Shown: positions 13,110 through 27,384, counted from the stretch's first letter. The stretch: DNA of 64,000 nt from Octopus vulgaris (GCA_951406725.2 OX597819.1:34782001-34846000), one strand, 5' to 3'. Numbers and translations: made by a program. The notes: generated from the sequence alone by a model not told the origin.

Positions 13110-13317
13110 CGCGTGTGTGTTTCTGTATGTGCATTTGCCCCCTACAGCGCTTGACAACTGGTTTTGGTTTGTTAACGCCCTCGTAACTTAGCATCCGACA
13201 AAAGGGACCAATAAAATAAGTACTGGGGTCGATTAGTTCGACTAGAAATCTTCAACGTGCTATCCCAGCATGGTCACTGTCTACTGACTGAAACAAGTAA
13301 AAGATAAAAGATAAAGA

Positions 13318-13318
<1 letters not shown>
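13110..13318 (+). mobile_element. SINE family A, 3' half
   Basis: GCTTGACAAC...AATAAGTACTGGGGTCGATT...CCAGCATGG...GACTGAAACAAGTAAAAGATAAAAG. Confidence 0.75.
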
Positions 13319-13353
<35 letters not shown>

Positions 13354-13359
13354 TGTATG

Positions 13360-13392
<33 letters not shown>

Positions 13393-13575
13393 CTTCGTAG
13401 AGTTAGAGGCTGGAATATCCGTGTAAGAGATAAAAATACCCCTTTTACTCCCAGTGTAATTACCTATGTTAACCCCGGGCATACTTATGCAAGCATATTA
13501 TGCTCATAGGCTACAAGCAATGACAAAGATAAGCATGAGTTTATCCGGAATCAAATTTAAAGTAAACAGCAAATA

Positions 13576-14220
13576 GAGAAATATTGATCAACAACAATTG
13601 ACTAACATCGATTATTACTTTTTAATACAAATAGGCTTTATCCCATCTAACAGCTGTTTCTGCTTCCAGTGTTCCACGGTATTGCCATTGAAAATTCTGA
13701 AAATGATATTCATCATATTTGGTAACACATCCGATCTGGAACATGGAGCTTCATCAGAGTGAAGAAAAATACATAAAAGAAAAGAAAAGAAAAGAAAAGC
13801 CTCGAGAAGAATAAGAAAGACTTAATATATTTAAATCATACCATTTTCTTACTTATATACTCTGTTACCCCCATGGAAAAATAAACCCACCAATTAATAT
13901 TTTAAGTTTAGTCATTTACTCAACGTCCTGAAGAGTCACATGCGCAAAATGGTATGATTTAAATATATTAAGCCTTTATTCTTCTTCTCGGGGCTCTTCT
14001 TCGTTTCTTTTCTTTTATTTTATCTATTTTTCTTCCCTCTGATGAAGCTCCATGTTCCAGATCGGTTGTGTTACCAAATATGATGACTATTATTTTCAGA
14101 ATTTTCAATGGCAATACCGTAGACCACCGGAAGTAGAAACAGCTGTTAGATGGGATAAAGTTTATTTGTATTAAAAAGTAATAATCGATGTTAGTCTATT
14201 GTTGTTGATCAATATTTCTC
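13576..14220. repeat. Long inverted repeat (~272-bp arms, ~98-bp spacer) with a hammerhead-like core in each arm
   Basis: Arms 13576-13847 and 13946-14220 are reverse complements with scattered mismatches. Confidence 0.92.
14033..14155 (+). ncRNA. Hammerhead-ribozyme-like motif, type I with long loop II (mirror copy 13641-13763 on minus)
   Basis: CTGATGA (14039-14045)...GAA-ACAGCTGT-T-AG. Palindromic stem III ACAGCTGT is typical of minimal Penelope-associated hammerheads. Stems I and II are imperfect. Confidence 0.5.
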
Positions 14221-16033
14221 CTAATTCGGCCCATTTTGGATTGCCTTGATAACGTTGTGATAGCATATACTTTCGGACATACTAATTTGACTGCGACTTG
14301 TTACGAACATGCAAATTTGATCTGAGACTTGTTTCACAAATCTAACTTGAGCAAACACGGGAGACGGGAGACGGGAGACTCTAAGTGTTTTCTTTGCTAG
14401 AAATAGCTGCCAAAATTTCTTTAACTTATACTCTACTGTCTCGATAAGATTACATGGAATGTTTTATTCAACAATACATACTGTATGGCTAAAAAGTAAA
14501 GAAAAGTTATCACTAGAGAGTTTTTGATCCTGTTTAATATGTCCATCTCCCACCCTAATGATCAGAGTCCATAACAAGCTTCTGATGTTTTCCAGAGTTC
14601 ATTGCTAGCTAATGGAAGGAAGGAAATCGATGAGTTCAGATAAAGAGGTAGAGAGATAATTGAAGAAGAAAGCTATGAGTTCAGAAATAAAGTAATTAAG
14701 TCGTGCTAAAGTTGATGTTCCATAAAATTGTTAGATTTATCTAACATTCACAGGACGCTTAATTTGCTGGAAATAGTTGCCAAATCATCTCTAAACCATA
14801 CGCTGCCATCTTAGAAAGGAAAGGAAGGCCCACATATGTATCCTGGATAATTTAGTCCTGGATACAGTAAGCAAAGACTGGATGGTCATAGCTGAAACGC
14901 TATAAAACTATTTAAACTGTTTAAACAAGATTAGCCTGAGAATTAACGATTTATAATCATTATTTCTATACTGAATATGGGAAAATGAAATTAGAATCGA
15001 TAAAAAATGACATACGGAGTCACCAGAAAATAAAACCTAGAGAAAATAGTCCGTATATTTAGTTTATTTCCAGAGAATATAGCCATCTTAATTAAAAGAA
15101 AACCACGCTTGTGACCTCGTACCTTCCTAGCTAAGATCTCACAATGGTCGAATAATAACAGAACTAGCAACAGCGATTCTCTTTTACAAGATATCGATTG
15201 TTCCGCTTATCTGACCTAACGCTTATTTTCAAAGGACTCGGTCCTTTTCAACCATCTTAATGAATGAACACAATTTTGTGCATAGAATATGCTACCTCAG
15301 TAATATGATGTCTGTTACTGAGCTGAGCTAATGAGATCTACATTGATTTCAGGAAGACGTTCTACTAATGCTTTATCAAAGTATCGCAGAGAAGAATGAA
15401 TACCAAAGAAAGCCGAGAGAGAATTTTAATTCGTACCTAGCCTTACCTTATCAGGTAAAGTATAGTATTAGAGGTATCTTCAGCAGAGTGTTGTAAGGGT
15501 TTTATTATTTATATCGGTATGATAGAGAGCTGGTAATACATTTGTACCGAATTGGATGCTATCGTAGCTTCATGCTTAATGGTTTTGCGTTCACATATTT
15601 TTGTCTAAACACAATAAATCATTGCTTATATAAATAATACTGCCATTAGTGCAACGAGAAGACTTTCAAAATATTGTGGAATATATTGCCTGCTGCTCAA
15701 TGGCTCTATATAACACAATGCATTTCCTAAGTCGATGTACAAATGGTAAGTGTTCAACTGAAGTAAATACAAAAATATAGCCCCCCCCCCCCGCTTTTTT
15801 TTTAATGAGAAATATCCAAAATGCAACGGCTTCTTCTGTAACTGTGAACTTCACTTACAACTAAAGGACGACAACGAAGAAATCAATGAGGTGTAAATTC
15901 TTTATTTCTCTAAAAGTTAAAATAACAAAACTAGATGAATGTCAGGTCTATCGAATTGTAGTCACGAAATGTGTGTGTGTGTGTGAAAGAGAGAGAGAGA
16001 GAGTGTGTGTGTGAAAGAGAGAGAGAGAGAGAG

Positions 16034-16153
<120 letters not shown>

Positions 16154-17250
16154 GACGACGGATGGATTAATGGATGCTCGTTGAGAGTCGAGTGAAATTT
16201 TAATTTGTCTCATCAACAGAAATCCAGTGAGACTGAAGGCCTCGCTAGTGTAGCAAAGCAGGCAGAACGAGAATTTCATTATTAAATCCAGTGCGATTGG
16301 TTATGAATAAATTTATTGTTACCCACTGCGAGAAAATATTTGATTTTAATACTCTAGTGAATAAATCAATAAATCTAAACAAAGAGAATGATTAAAGGTG
16401 CAGCTCACTGCCATCTAAACGGCGGTCATTCTAAACAAACAAAATTACCAATTCTGGTAGCGAAAAATCGAAGCTATTCATCAACAAAGAATCTGTTTCC
16501 TTCGAGAAATAGTTTGGAGATAGAATGTTGACAGAAAACATATTTCTGAACTTCATGCTTTCAATATGATGGAGTTATTAATAATGAACTAGCTGTAAAG
16601 AATGAGTACACGTCAGGGTCAGATATTTTTCTTGTCTTCGGAAGTGAGAAATTTGCCTGAAAATATGATTGAAGAGACGTGAAAGCCAGCACTGGAAACT
16701 AAATTTAGCCTTGACGTTTACCTGATTTGGTTAATAAGCAGTTTAGGGATTTAAAAAATTGAAAGTAAATTGAGTGGAAATGACGGCAGTGACATTCCAT
16801 AATTTCATAAAGAGAACTAGTGAAATCCCTTAATTTTGTTGATAGAACCCTCTCACTGTGACGCGTTTACAGGCACCTATTTGTATAGTACCTTCCAATG
16901 ATATCTTAAGTATTTCAGAAATAGCAACTGAGGTACTCCGTTCCAATACGCTAGATCCGCTAACGAAAAGCATTGAGAAGGCAATTCGATGGCTTGCACG
17001 CTGGCATGATAACCAACATAATTTCATTTGAGCAATGTTATAAGCCTGCACGACAACTGAGCTGTATAGAAAGAACCGACGGTAACTGATGGTATTGCCC
17101 ATGTCGATTCACTAATTGATTGTTTACGTGAAATTATTACATTTCACTGTCACTACTTTCGGTCAAAATACTTTCATTTTTTTTAACCTTTTAAACTGCA
17201 TGTTAACTCCCGATTTAACCATTGAGTATTATATATGATGCACTAAAATG

Positions 17251-17631
17251 GGAAGCACTCCGTCGGTTACGACGACGAGGGTTCCGGTTGATCCGAATCA
17301 ACGGAACAGCCTGCTCGTGAAATTAACGTGTAAGTGGCTGAGCACTCCACAGACACGTGTACCCTTAACGTAGTTCTCGGGGATATTCAGCGTGACACAG
17401 AGAGTGATAAGGCCGGCCCCTTGAAATACAGGTACAACAGAAACAAGAAGTAAGAGTGAGAGAAAGTTGTGGTGAAAGAGTACAGCAGGGATCACCACCA
17501 TCCCTGCCGGAGCCTCGTGGAGCTTTAGGTGTTTTCGCTCAATAAACACTCACAACGCCCGGTCTGGGAATCGAAACCGCGATCCTATGACCGCGAGTTC
17601 GCTGCCCTAACCACTGGGCCATTGCGCCTCC
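17251..17631 (-). mobile_element. SINE family B, full length and young
   Basis: Minus-strand head GGAGGCGCAATGGCCCAGTGGTTAGGGC...GGTTTCGATTCCC. 14-bp TSD GATGCACTAAAATG at 17237-17250 and 17632-17645. Confidence 0.93.
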
Positions 17632-18396
17632 GATGCACTAAAATGTTACCTCCATCAAGGTGTGTATGTAGAAAGTTTCACTTTACTGCATGCTCTTTAT
17701 TATGTATGTGGTATGAAGTTGAGAATTAACCTGGGATATTCTGCACTAAACTATGCAAGGCAATTTTTCGTTAGGCGTATCATTCAGAAAGTGCCGCGGG
17801 CCACACTTATCCTTATGAAAAATAACACGCCCAATTCTAATTGGCATAGAATTACTCACCGATACATTTGAAAGCTACCCCCTCACTGACTTTCCTCACA
17901 TTGCTACTACCACTACTACGACGACCTCTACTCCTCAAAGCTAGTTGCGATCTGTGTTCCACCGAAACCAACATTCCACCAAACTTACTTCAATTTAACT
18001 CCATCCAACACGTTCGTCTCCACTCAGTCAGTCATTCTGTCTCTCCCAACCCAAATCTCACCCTAACCACTTCATCAAGTCCTTCTTCCCCAAGCTTCTA
18101 ACCCTCTGTAATATACCCTCCCCTACCTCGCCCATATTTTTCCTGCAGTTGCCTACAGTGGTGTATGGCGGACGCTTCCTCTCAACTGAAGGATGGGTGG
18201 GAAAATATAAGACGCAATGATGATGGTTGGTGAAGCTATGACCATATCGTATTTTCCGGCCTGCAAATCAATCTCAGACCAAAATTTACAGCGAAGAAAA
18301 AAAACAAATCGACTTATACATCGAGATGATTTTGGAGGACCAAAAATTCCATGTGAAGTGCAGCATGAGTTGGAGAAATAGAGATGATATAGGAAT

Positions 18397-19111
18397 GATT
18401 TCTTCAAGTAAAATTAAATATATTGTAAGGCAAAAGATTCTTGCTTGATGTTGAAGAGATGAAGTATTAACAAGGAACTGATGAGCTGGAAATGTTTAGG
18501 CGGCGAGCTGGCAGAAACGTTAGCACGCCGGGCGAAATGCGTAGCCGTATTTCGTCTGCCGTTACGTTCTGAGTTCAAATTCCGCCGAGGTCGACTTTGC
18601 CTTTCATCCTTTCGGGGTCGATAAATTAAGTACCAGTTACGCACTGGGGTCGATGTAATCGACTTAATCCGTTTGTCTGTCCTTGTTTGTCCCCTCTATG
18701 TTTAGCCCCCTGTGGGTAATAAAGAAACAGATATAGGAATGTTTACTCTACATGTGTACACTATTTACTACATCGACTAATACGATACATCTACTCGTTC
18801 AAATTAACCTGCGGTTGAACAACAACGACAATCATCAACAATGTTACTTTTTAACCTCTAACAACGGTCTTCTATCCTGGATATCCATCCTACACAGTTT
18901 ACCTGCTGGTTTCTTCATCTTATATTGTTTCCACCTAATTGTACAATTATATTGTCTTTCGACTTCACTTGATTTCTTCAAGTAAAATTAAATAGATTGT
19001 AAGGCAGAAGAAGCGATTCTTTCAAAAGATTCTTGCTTGATGTTGAAGAGGTGAAGTATTACAAGGAACTGATGACCTGGAAGTATGCAGAATATTCACA
19101 GAACTGTTTCC
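18397..19111 (+). repeat. Pair of ~100-bp direct repeats ending at a CTGATGA motif
   Basis: GATTTCTTCAAGTAAAATTAAATA.ATTGTAAGGCA...GATGTTGAAGAG.TGAAGTATTA.CAAGGAACTGATGA.CTGGAA at ~18397-18491 and ~18971-19082. Confidence 0.8.
18499..18730 (+). mobile_element. SINE family D, full length
   Basis: GGCGGCGAGCTGGCAGAAACGTTAGCACGCC...GAGTTCAAATTCC...GTGGGTAATAAAGAAA. Close copies lie at 43765 and 52951. Possible TSD AATGTTTA. Confidence 0.88.
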
Positions 19112-19205
19112 GATAAAAGCAATGCTGCAATGGAGTGGTGTAATGGCTGTGTTGGAGGGGAAACTACTTGTAGCTGATAGTTGGTAGAAATAAAACAAAA
19201 TAGAA

Positions 19206-19892
<687 letters not shown>

Positions 19893-20029
19893 GTGACCTT
19901 CCCGCATAACAAGCGGGATGGCATTGTTCGAAAGTTAAAACAATACGTGGCGCATTGTGACCAGGAGTGAAATATAACGTCTGATTGTCCGGTATATTTT
20001 GACATCACTCCCAGTGTCCATGGGTTGCT

Positions 20030-21135
20030 GGCCATCGACCTCAGCCAAAGTAAAACTTTTGCGAACTGAGCTGCTGATTCATCTGTGTTAAGCGCAACTC
20101 TTATGTTGGTAGAAAGATGAAGTGTTTCTTATCGTCGCTGAATATAAGTTTCTTTGAGTTACACTCTCAATACACCAGCAGCTGTACCCTTTAGGATGAT
20201 AGAGTTTACCTCAAATCACCAGATGTCAAGACCGTGACTCTATCCTTAATGCTGGTGTTACTTCGGAGATCTTGTGAGGTGCAATTAAGATCCTCGAATG
20301 CAACTCGTCACATACTATCAGCTAGCTGGCTCTAGGACTACTGCTTGTCCAGATCTTTTGTCTATATTGTACACAGGGTTTCCGCTGTGTTAAGGGTTGA
20401 GGAGAATCGTAAAAGCAGAATGAGCAATCCAGTCACATGTGAGCAAAGTTACAAAGTTACAATACTCCAAATGAGGTCACTGTCATAACAATCTGTTTGA
20501 GTGAATAAACTTTTGCCAAAATTTGCTTGATCAATGAGTTTAACCTGTTCTATCAGAAACATGACAAGAAACTATTCATCCTGACCCCAGTGTTACCATT
20601 TTTTTTTTATCCCTGTATAGTTTTTATTTTATCTGTAAACAAGTGAAGTTCATTTTGATGTTTATATTGTTCCAGCTGTTGAATGTCCTACCTGGTTGCT
20701 TCAAATTGTTGTAGTTGCTAAACGTCCTATCAGGATGCTTCGAGAATCTCTGAGAGTTGCACCATAAGTTCGTAATAGAACTGGCAGAGCACGCTGTTCA
20801 AGATCCTTGCCAGCAATGGACTGTACAGTATTTTCAATGATGATCGTGTTCTAAATGACAGGAGTAAACTCTTTTTTACTCCCTTTGTGTTTTATACAGC
20901 ATATCTTCTATCATGCTGTCCTGGTGATTATGCCAAAGCTGCTTATGATTGGAAGGTGAACAGTCACAGAAAGCAATAGCAAAGACGTTCCTAGCCTTGT
21001 TTGGAGTGTGCGAGACTGCAGCCTCTTCCAACATATTGTTCCAGTCTGTACTATTTTCCAAGGGGTATCTTTGCGTATGTTGTACCGACATATCAAGCAA
21101 TTGTTTTAAGGTCTTGGAATGAGGTTGGGCCATGA
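20030..21135 (-). pseudogene. Degraded Helitron RepHel (pre-helicase region and helicase N-terminus)
   Basis: ORF 20876-21133 reads LE..DWNNMLEEAA..TPNKARNVFAI...CSPSN.KQLW..HQDSM.ED. Further downstream on minus are remnants of AHSAF and N.RV....SAAQFAKVLL. Confidence 0.7.
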
Positions 21136-21287
21136 ATATTGTGTAGAAGTTTTCTAAGATTTAAAGACGGTATTACAGTTCCCTATTTAAAAATCATATC
21201 TTCAGAAAGCCAGCACGCATTTTCAAATTCAAAGAAAGACAGAAAATAGTTTATTCTTTAGTTGCGGCACATTTAAATTTGCATATA

Positions 21288-21465
21288 TTGGTTTCAAATT
21301 TTGGTACAAGGTCAGCAATTTCTGGGGAGAAGTTAAGTCGATTGCATTGACTCCAGTGCTCAACTGGTACTTACTTTATCGACCCCAATAGGGATGAAAG
21401 GCAAAGTCGACCTCGGTGGAATTTGAACGTTCAGACGGACGAAATGTTAAGACGGACGAAATGCT
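21288..21465 (-). mobile_element. SINE family D variant
   Basis: Reverse complement of the GTCGACTTTGCCTTTCATCC...GTCGATAAA..AAGTACCAGT core. Confidence 0.75.
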
Positions 21466-21639
21466 GTTATTTATGACACATTCTACCATTGTCCGAAGTT
21501 TGAAAGTGTTTAGTTACAAAACATTAATTTCTCGATCTGCCGTTCAAAAGTAAAAGATCCAAAGTTGTAATTAAAGAAAAATTAGCTGACATGGTAGATT
21601 GGAAGCCATCTGAATATAAAAAAAAATATTAATTAATGT

Positions 21640-22358
21640 ATCGTGAGGATTCATGTCGGGTGTCAAGATAACAACATCACGACTGCTGCTCAATACTCTA
21701 TGATCACTACAAAGATTGTAAGACATGAAACGGAACACTGCAACGGAGACTACGAAGTTGTCGCTAGCATGAAGAAACACAGCAGGCGTTCTAACTGCGA
21801 CCGCATGCAGGAATTCATCCAACAGCTGATAAATAGTGCCTTAGGCTCAATTCAGACGGTTTTGTGAAGCTGCAGGAGACTGCGGTCAAATCCTGGCTGG
21901 AGAAAGTTGCCGCTGGAAGGACACATGTGAGGCGGAAGAATTCGGCTTCTTGCCAAATCTCTGGAAAGAGTCAGAAGTGGTTGTCGGAGAAATCCTATGA
22001 CTTCACCAGCACCAATTTCTAGCCTCCTAATTCCCCTGATTGTAGTCCCGTAGATTGCCACGTGTGGGACGTGGTCCCAAAAAAACACCAACCGCTCTAC
22101 CTGCAGCACCAAGGCCAAGCCGGTGGACAAAATCAAGGAGGTGTTCGAAGATTTTTCCCAGGAACACAGGCTGAAACGCATACGCCAAGTTCTGGAACTG
22201 TCTTGAGATTAAGGTGGAAGCTGAGGGCGGCTATTTTGAGTAAACTGTTACTTCCCAACCATAATCTAGTTGATATTTTTAATTTATTTTTTTGTGGGGG
22301 GTGCGTTGTGCTTTCTTTTCCTTTTATACAAATTGTCAAATTTAGCCCGAACACCCTA
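21640..22358 (+). pseudogene. Second DD37D/maT-type transposase remnant with right TIR
   Basis: Fragments VKSWLEKVAAGR..., KSQKWLSE...F*PPNSPDCSPVD.HVW. Ends ...AAATTTAGCCCGAACACCCTA, similar to the 2405-3266 termini. Confidence 0.7.
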
Positions 22359-22466
22359 TTTATATATAAACCTCCGGTAAACAATCCAAATCTATTGACA
22401 CAATTATTTAACTATTCCTGAACAACTGTCATTACTTGGCATTAAATGTCTTGCATATCTTTTAAC

Positions 22467-22690
22467 CTTTACTTGTTTCAGTCGTTAGACTGCGGCTATA
22501 CTTGGGAGCCGCCTTGAAGAACTTCTAGTCAAATGAATCGACCCCAGCACTTATTTTTTGTTAAACCTGGAACTTATTCTATCGGCCACTTTTGCCGAAC
22601 TGCTAAGTTATGGAGATGCAAACACACCAACACCGGTTGTCAAGCAGTAGTAGCAGACAAGCACAAGCACAAAGACATACACTCGTGTAT
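22467..22690 (-). mobile_element. SINE family A, 3' half
   Basis: TTTTACTTGTTTCAGTC...CTTATTCTATCGG...TTTGCCGAAC.GCTAAGT...GGTTGTCAAGC. Confidence 0.8.
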
Positions 22691-25489
22691 GTATGTATGT
22701 ATGTATGTATGTATGTATGTATGTATGTATGTATGTATGTATGTATGTATGTATGTATGTATGTATGTATGTATGTATGTATATTTATATATATATATAA
22801 GTTAAAATAAGTACAGACATCGCAATTAAAATTACAAGACACAGTTTAATTACCGATACACAGTACAATCTTTGAATCTTTTTTGCTTGGCAGCCACTTT
22901 TCAATTTCTTCAGTTTTTGTTCTAATTGATTTCAGATTTGTATTGGTGAAGTTTTGTAAAGTAATTTGACATGAAATTCATTTTTGCCTTAACTCAATAA
23001 AGACTTAATAGCTTTTAAAGTTTTCAAATTTGGGATAATTTTAGCCAAACGAAAGCCGCAGACATATAAGTGCCTGTTTCCATAGTAACAAGCCAAGTTG
23101 TTACCAAGCTGCTTACCACGTGTTCTTTTTGTCGCTTATTAAATACTAAAAACACATGCGGTATACGATGTGCTAAAAACAACAGCTAAATAGGCCTTAA
23201 ATCACGCGCTTTCTTTCTTTCTTCTTTTGCATAATCGTTTGAATTCCCAAGTGTAGAATACAAATTCGCAAAAAATTTCTGAAAATTCAAAAAAATAAAA
23301 AAGGTATGAGGAGTTATATGGCACGCGTAAAGCAGAATTCCACCAATATTTCATTTATTTACAGTTGACAACACGTGCTGTCACGTACAAAATGACAGCT
23401 TCCAAATCCCTGTTTTCTGACAGGGCAAAAATTATCAAACTTTAAACATGTGTAAACTTTTTTTTTTTAATTTTCTGGAAAAAGTGAATTATCTGCTGAG
23501 ATTCAGCATGGAAAACTATATCAATACACCAAATTTTAAAATTTTCACTAAACTTTAAAATTTCCACTGGTGCAGTCAAACAGAAAAGTTCCCAGTCTTT
23601 AGTTTTGATCTACCCAGGTAGTACTCACCGATTCAAAGTCCTCCTCTCTGTTATTGTTGAACAATAAGTCTCAGTCACTGGTACTAAACAAATTATTACG
23701 TTTTATTTGTTATTACAATAAATTATTAATAACAAGAAGGAGTTATTTGCTGAAATTTATTGAAATGCCGACAGTAATTACCTCAGTTTAAATTTAAGAT
23801 AGTATATTTATTTCTAGTTATTCAATTCATAATTTTATAATCCTTTCTACTAAGTATTTCGTCCGGCGTGTAAGCAAATTTGCCACCTCACCGCCTTTAT
23901 TTATATTATAATTCTGCTTGTTCATTTGTTCACACGTGAATTAGTTTGTAAGAGAGAAGGTGAGGTGAACTGAGAGAGAGGTGGAGTGAAAGTGACAGAG
24001 GGACGGAGAGTGAGAGAGAGGGAGGAGAGTGAGTGAGTAGCAGATAGCCACTTCCACTAACCACGTTGTTACATAGTGGAAGTGAGAGATGAAGAGAAAA
24101 AGAGAGAACTGTTAACGACTTGAAGAAGGAAATGACATGGTAAAAAAATGTTTGTTAAAAGGGTAGAGAGTAAAAAAGAGAGAAAGGGAGAAATGTCGCG
24201 TTTAGCAAAGGGGAATTTTTAAATCATTTAATATATTATTGTGAATGGGATTTTAAAATCATACAATATACTATTGTGACTTAGCAAAAATAGCCGTAAA
24301 TGTTTGTTTTGTAAATTTGCAATAGAATTGAAACTAATCATGTAAATAAAAACATTGTGCATATTCTCTATATTGTTCTGTGTACATGGCTCAGTGGTTA
24401 GAGCGTCGAGCTTACGATCGTGAAAACAACCTTGCCCGGACTTGTGTCTAGGAGGGTAACTTTCTAGGTGCAATCCCATGGTCATTCATGACCGAAGGGG
24501 GTCTTTACATTAATTGTATATAATGTAAAATAATTATGATAAAATATTGCATAATAAGAAATATGCAATTTTATATTTATCTTGCAGTTCCAACAGAATT
24601 AAATGCTAACGAATGATATGTGTATTAAGTATTATATAAATTGTTACTGTATAATTTTCTGCCATTTATTACACAAAAAGATTTGTATGCAATAAAAATG
24701 CAAATCATCCTTCCTTTCTTAAAATAGTTCCTCTTGAATTTTTTCGTTCTATGGAATTTTCGCGGGTATCGCTATTAGTTTAATAATAACTTTAATAGCA
24801 CTTCAATACAACAATAGGTAGTTCTACATTTGGCTTTATATGTGTTATAAGACGGTCTTTTGCCACTGTTGTATCTGTCTTTGCACGACAGTTGTCGTTC
24901 TGACAGATATTGCTATATTCTGAAGTCGTCGATAGAATGTTTCTATCTATCACTGTACGGTCCCCAGTCGTAGTGTTATTATCCTCAAAAGATCGGATTG
25001 TTATAACGTCCGCTCAGTATCACAGTATAATTGCTATATCAATACAGACACGACTATCAATGCAGTCTAAACATGCACTCTCTCTATTCTGGCTGACGTC
25101 ACTTTATTTATGGAGATCTCATTCCACTATTCACGTGGGAGGGACGTACCATTATTAGTAATTCCCTACAACAACATCACGTCATTGAAATTCTATGGGT
25201 TTCCCCTTGATTTCGAAGATAAATTCATCCACTTAACTGTAAATTTGCGATGATTCTGTTGAAGTTGGTTCATGTGTCTTAATCTGAAATTAATCTTGAG
25301 ATTGATCGGTTATTGCTATACAATACCTTCGGCTTATACGCCAGTAATATTAAAAACTAATGCTTTTGACTCGCACCAAAAAAATTCCCTTCGGCCTGTA
25401 CGCCAATCGGCTTATATGCCGGCATATACGGTATTTGAGAGGATTAATAAAGTTCATTGATTAGCTATTATTCGCCGTGTTCATAAGTA

Positions 25490-25630
25490 GACTCCTTAAG
25501 TTCTGAGTTCAAATGCCATCAAGATCGACTTTGCCTTTCATCTTTTCGGGGTCAATAAAATAACTATCAGATGAGTACTGGAATCAATGTAACCGACTTC
25601 CTCGCCTCCACAAAATCGCTAGCCTTGTAC
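25490..25630 (+). mobile_element. SINE family D fragment
   Basis: GTTCTGAGTTCAAAT...TCGACTTTGCCTTTCATC.TTTCGGGGTC core. Confidence 0.7.
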
Positions 25631-25767
25631 GGAAACAACGGGAAAGAATTATTCGTCATGTTCATGCAACTTCTTGCAAGAGGTAAATCAATTCTATAGA
25701 TGTTTCCCCCATTGTAGCATAGCAAGCGAGCTTGCTAGTATACACACTATGAGAAATGAGTGAGAAC

Positions 25768-25805
<38 letters not shown>

Positions 25806-26310
25806 TTGAAGACAGATTCAAGAAGTAATTTGAATAGTTTGACGTGACACTCCACACTGACGCTCCTATTGCTATTACTACTCAATGACAACTCCCAGTT
25901 TTTCTACATCTCTTGTTTTTTCGTATGCTTATTTTACCTGCAAAAGAGTTCTCGGACCCAGGAATTTTTATTTATGCATTTTCTTGGTTGTATGTGGACG
26001 TCCCTGAAAAATTTGGAAAAAAGATTCGTTAAAAAGTGGCTACGTTGTTTGAAGACAAACATGCAAATATCACGATGATATATAAATATGTGTGTATGTA
26101 TGTGTTATATATATACTTATGCATATAGACATATACAGATATAGCTATATATGTATATGCTTATGCATATTTATATACTATATGTGTGTATGTATATATA
26201 TGTGTGTATGTGTGTGAGTGTATCGATGTAAATTAGTCAGTAAAATTCCTCATTTAAATATCTCGTCAAAAGCTACGCCGTTCCGAATACCAAGAAATAC
26301 AAACACTAAC

Positions 26311-26962
26311 ACACACACATACATGCATGCATACATACATACATACATACATACATACATACATACATACATACATACATACAGACGTACGTACGTACGT
26401 ACTTACATACGTATATACATACATACATACGTACGTACATACATACATACATACATACATACATACATACATACATACATACATACATACATACATACGT
26501 ACGTACGTACGTACGTACATACATACATACATACATACGTACGTACGTACGTACATACATACATACATACGTACGTACGTACGTACGTACATACATACAT
26601 ACATACATACATACATACATACATACATACATACATACATACATACATACATACGTACGTACGTACATACATACATACATACATACATACGTACGTACAT
26701 ACATACATACATATATACATACATACATACATACATACATACGTACGTACGTACGTACGTAAGTACATACATTCATACATACATACATTCATACATACAT
26801 ACATACATGCATGCATACATACGTACGTACATACGTACATACATACATACATACATACATACATACATACATACATACATACATACATACATACATACAT
26901 ACATACATACATACATACATACATACATACGAACGTACGTACGTACGTACGTAGGCATGCAT
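26311..26962. repeat. ~650-bp (TACA)n/(TACG)n compound microsatellite
   Basis: Directly visible. It accounts for the overlapping HTYI and MYVC ORFs. Confidence 0.97.
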
Positions 26963-27384
26963 ACTGAAAGGAAGAGCTAAAAAGGGAGATGGGAAATGTA
27001 GATGTGTCTATTCTATGCTAAAAGGTGTAGCTAGAAAGTATATAACGAAGAAGAAAAGTGACTATGGTGGCGTGAGAGATGACGTTGGAAAGATATATCA
27101 AGAAAAATTAATAGTTATAGTTTATAGTCAAGAAACAAAAAGGGAAAGGTGTGTGAAACTTTATATATGATAGGAGGTGTGGAGCTGAAACGTAATAGAG
27201 AAGTTGGGCAGTGGCGGATAATGAGTTAGTGTCGGTGAGGGGGTCTGCGTACAGAAAGTAGATGATATATAGAAATATTGAAAGATTAAAGTTCCATCAA
27301 CGAGAACGTAACAGACGGGACCACACTGATGCTGAGAGAAAGCTAATATACTGTGTATGTACGTATGTACGTATGTATGTATGT

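Noticed and set aside
17560-17631. tRNA gene on the minus strand
   Set aside because: It is the tRNA-derived head of a SINE, continuous with the SINE body and enclosed by one TSD.
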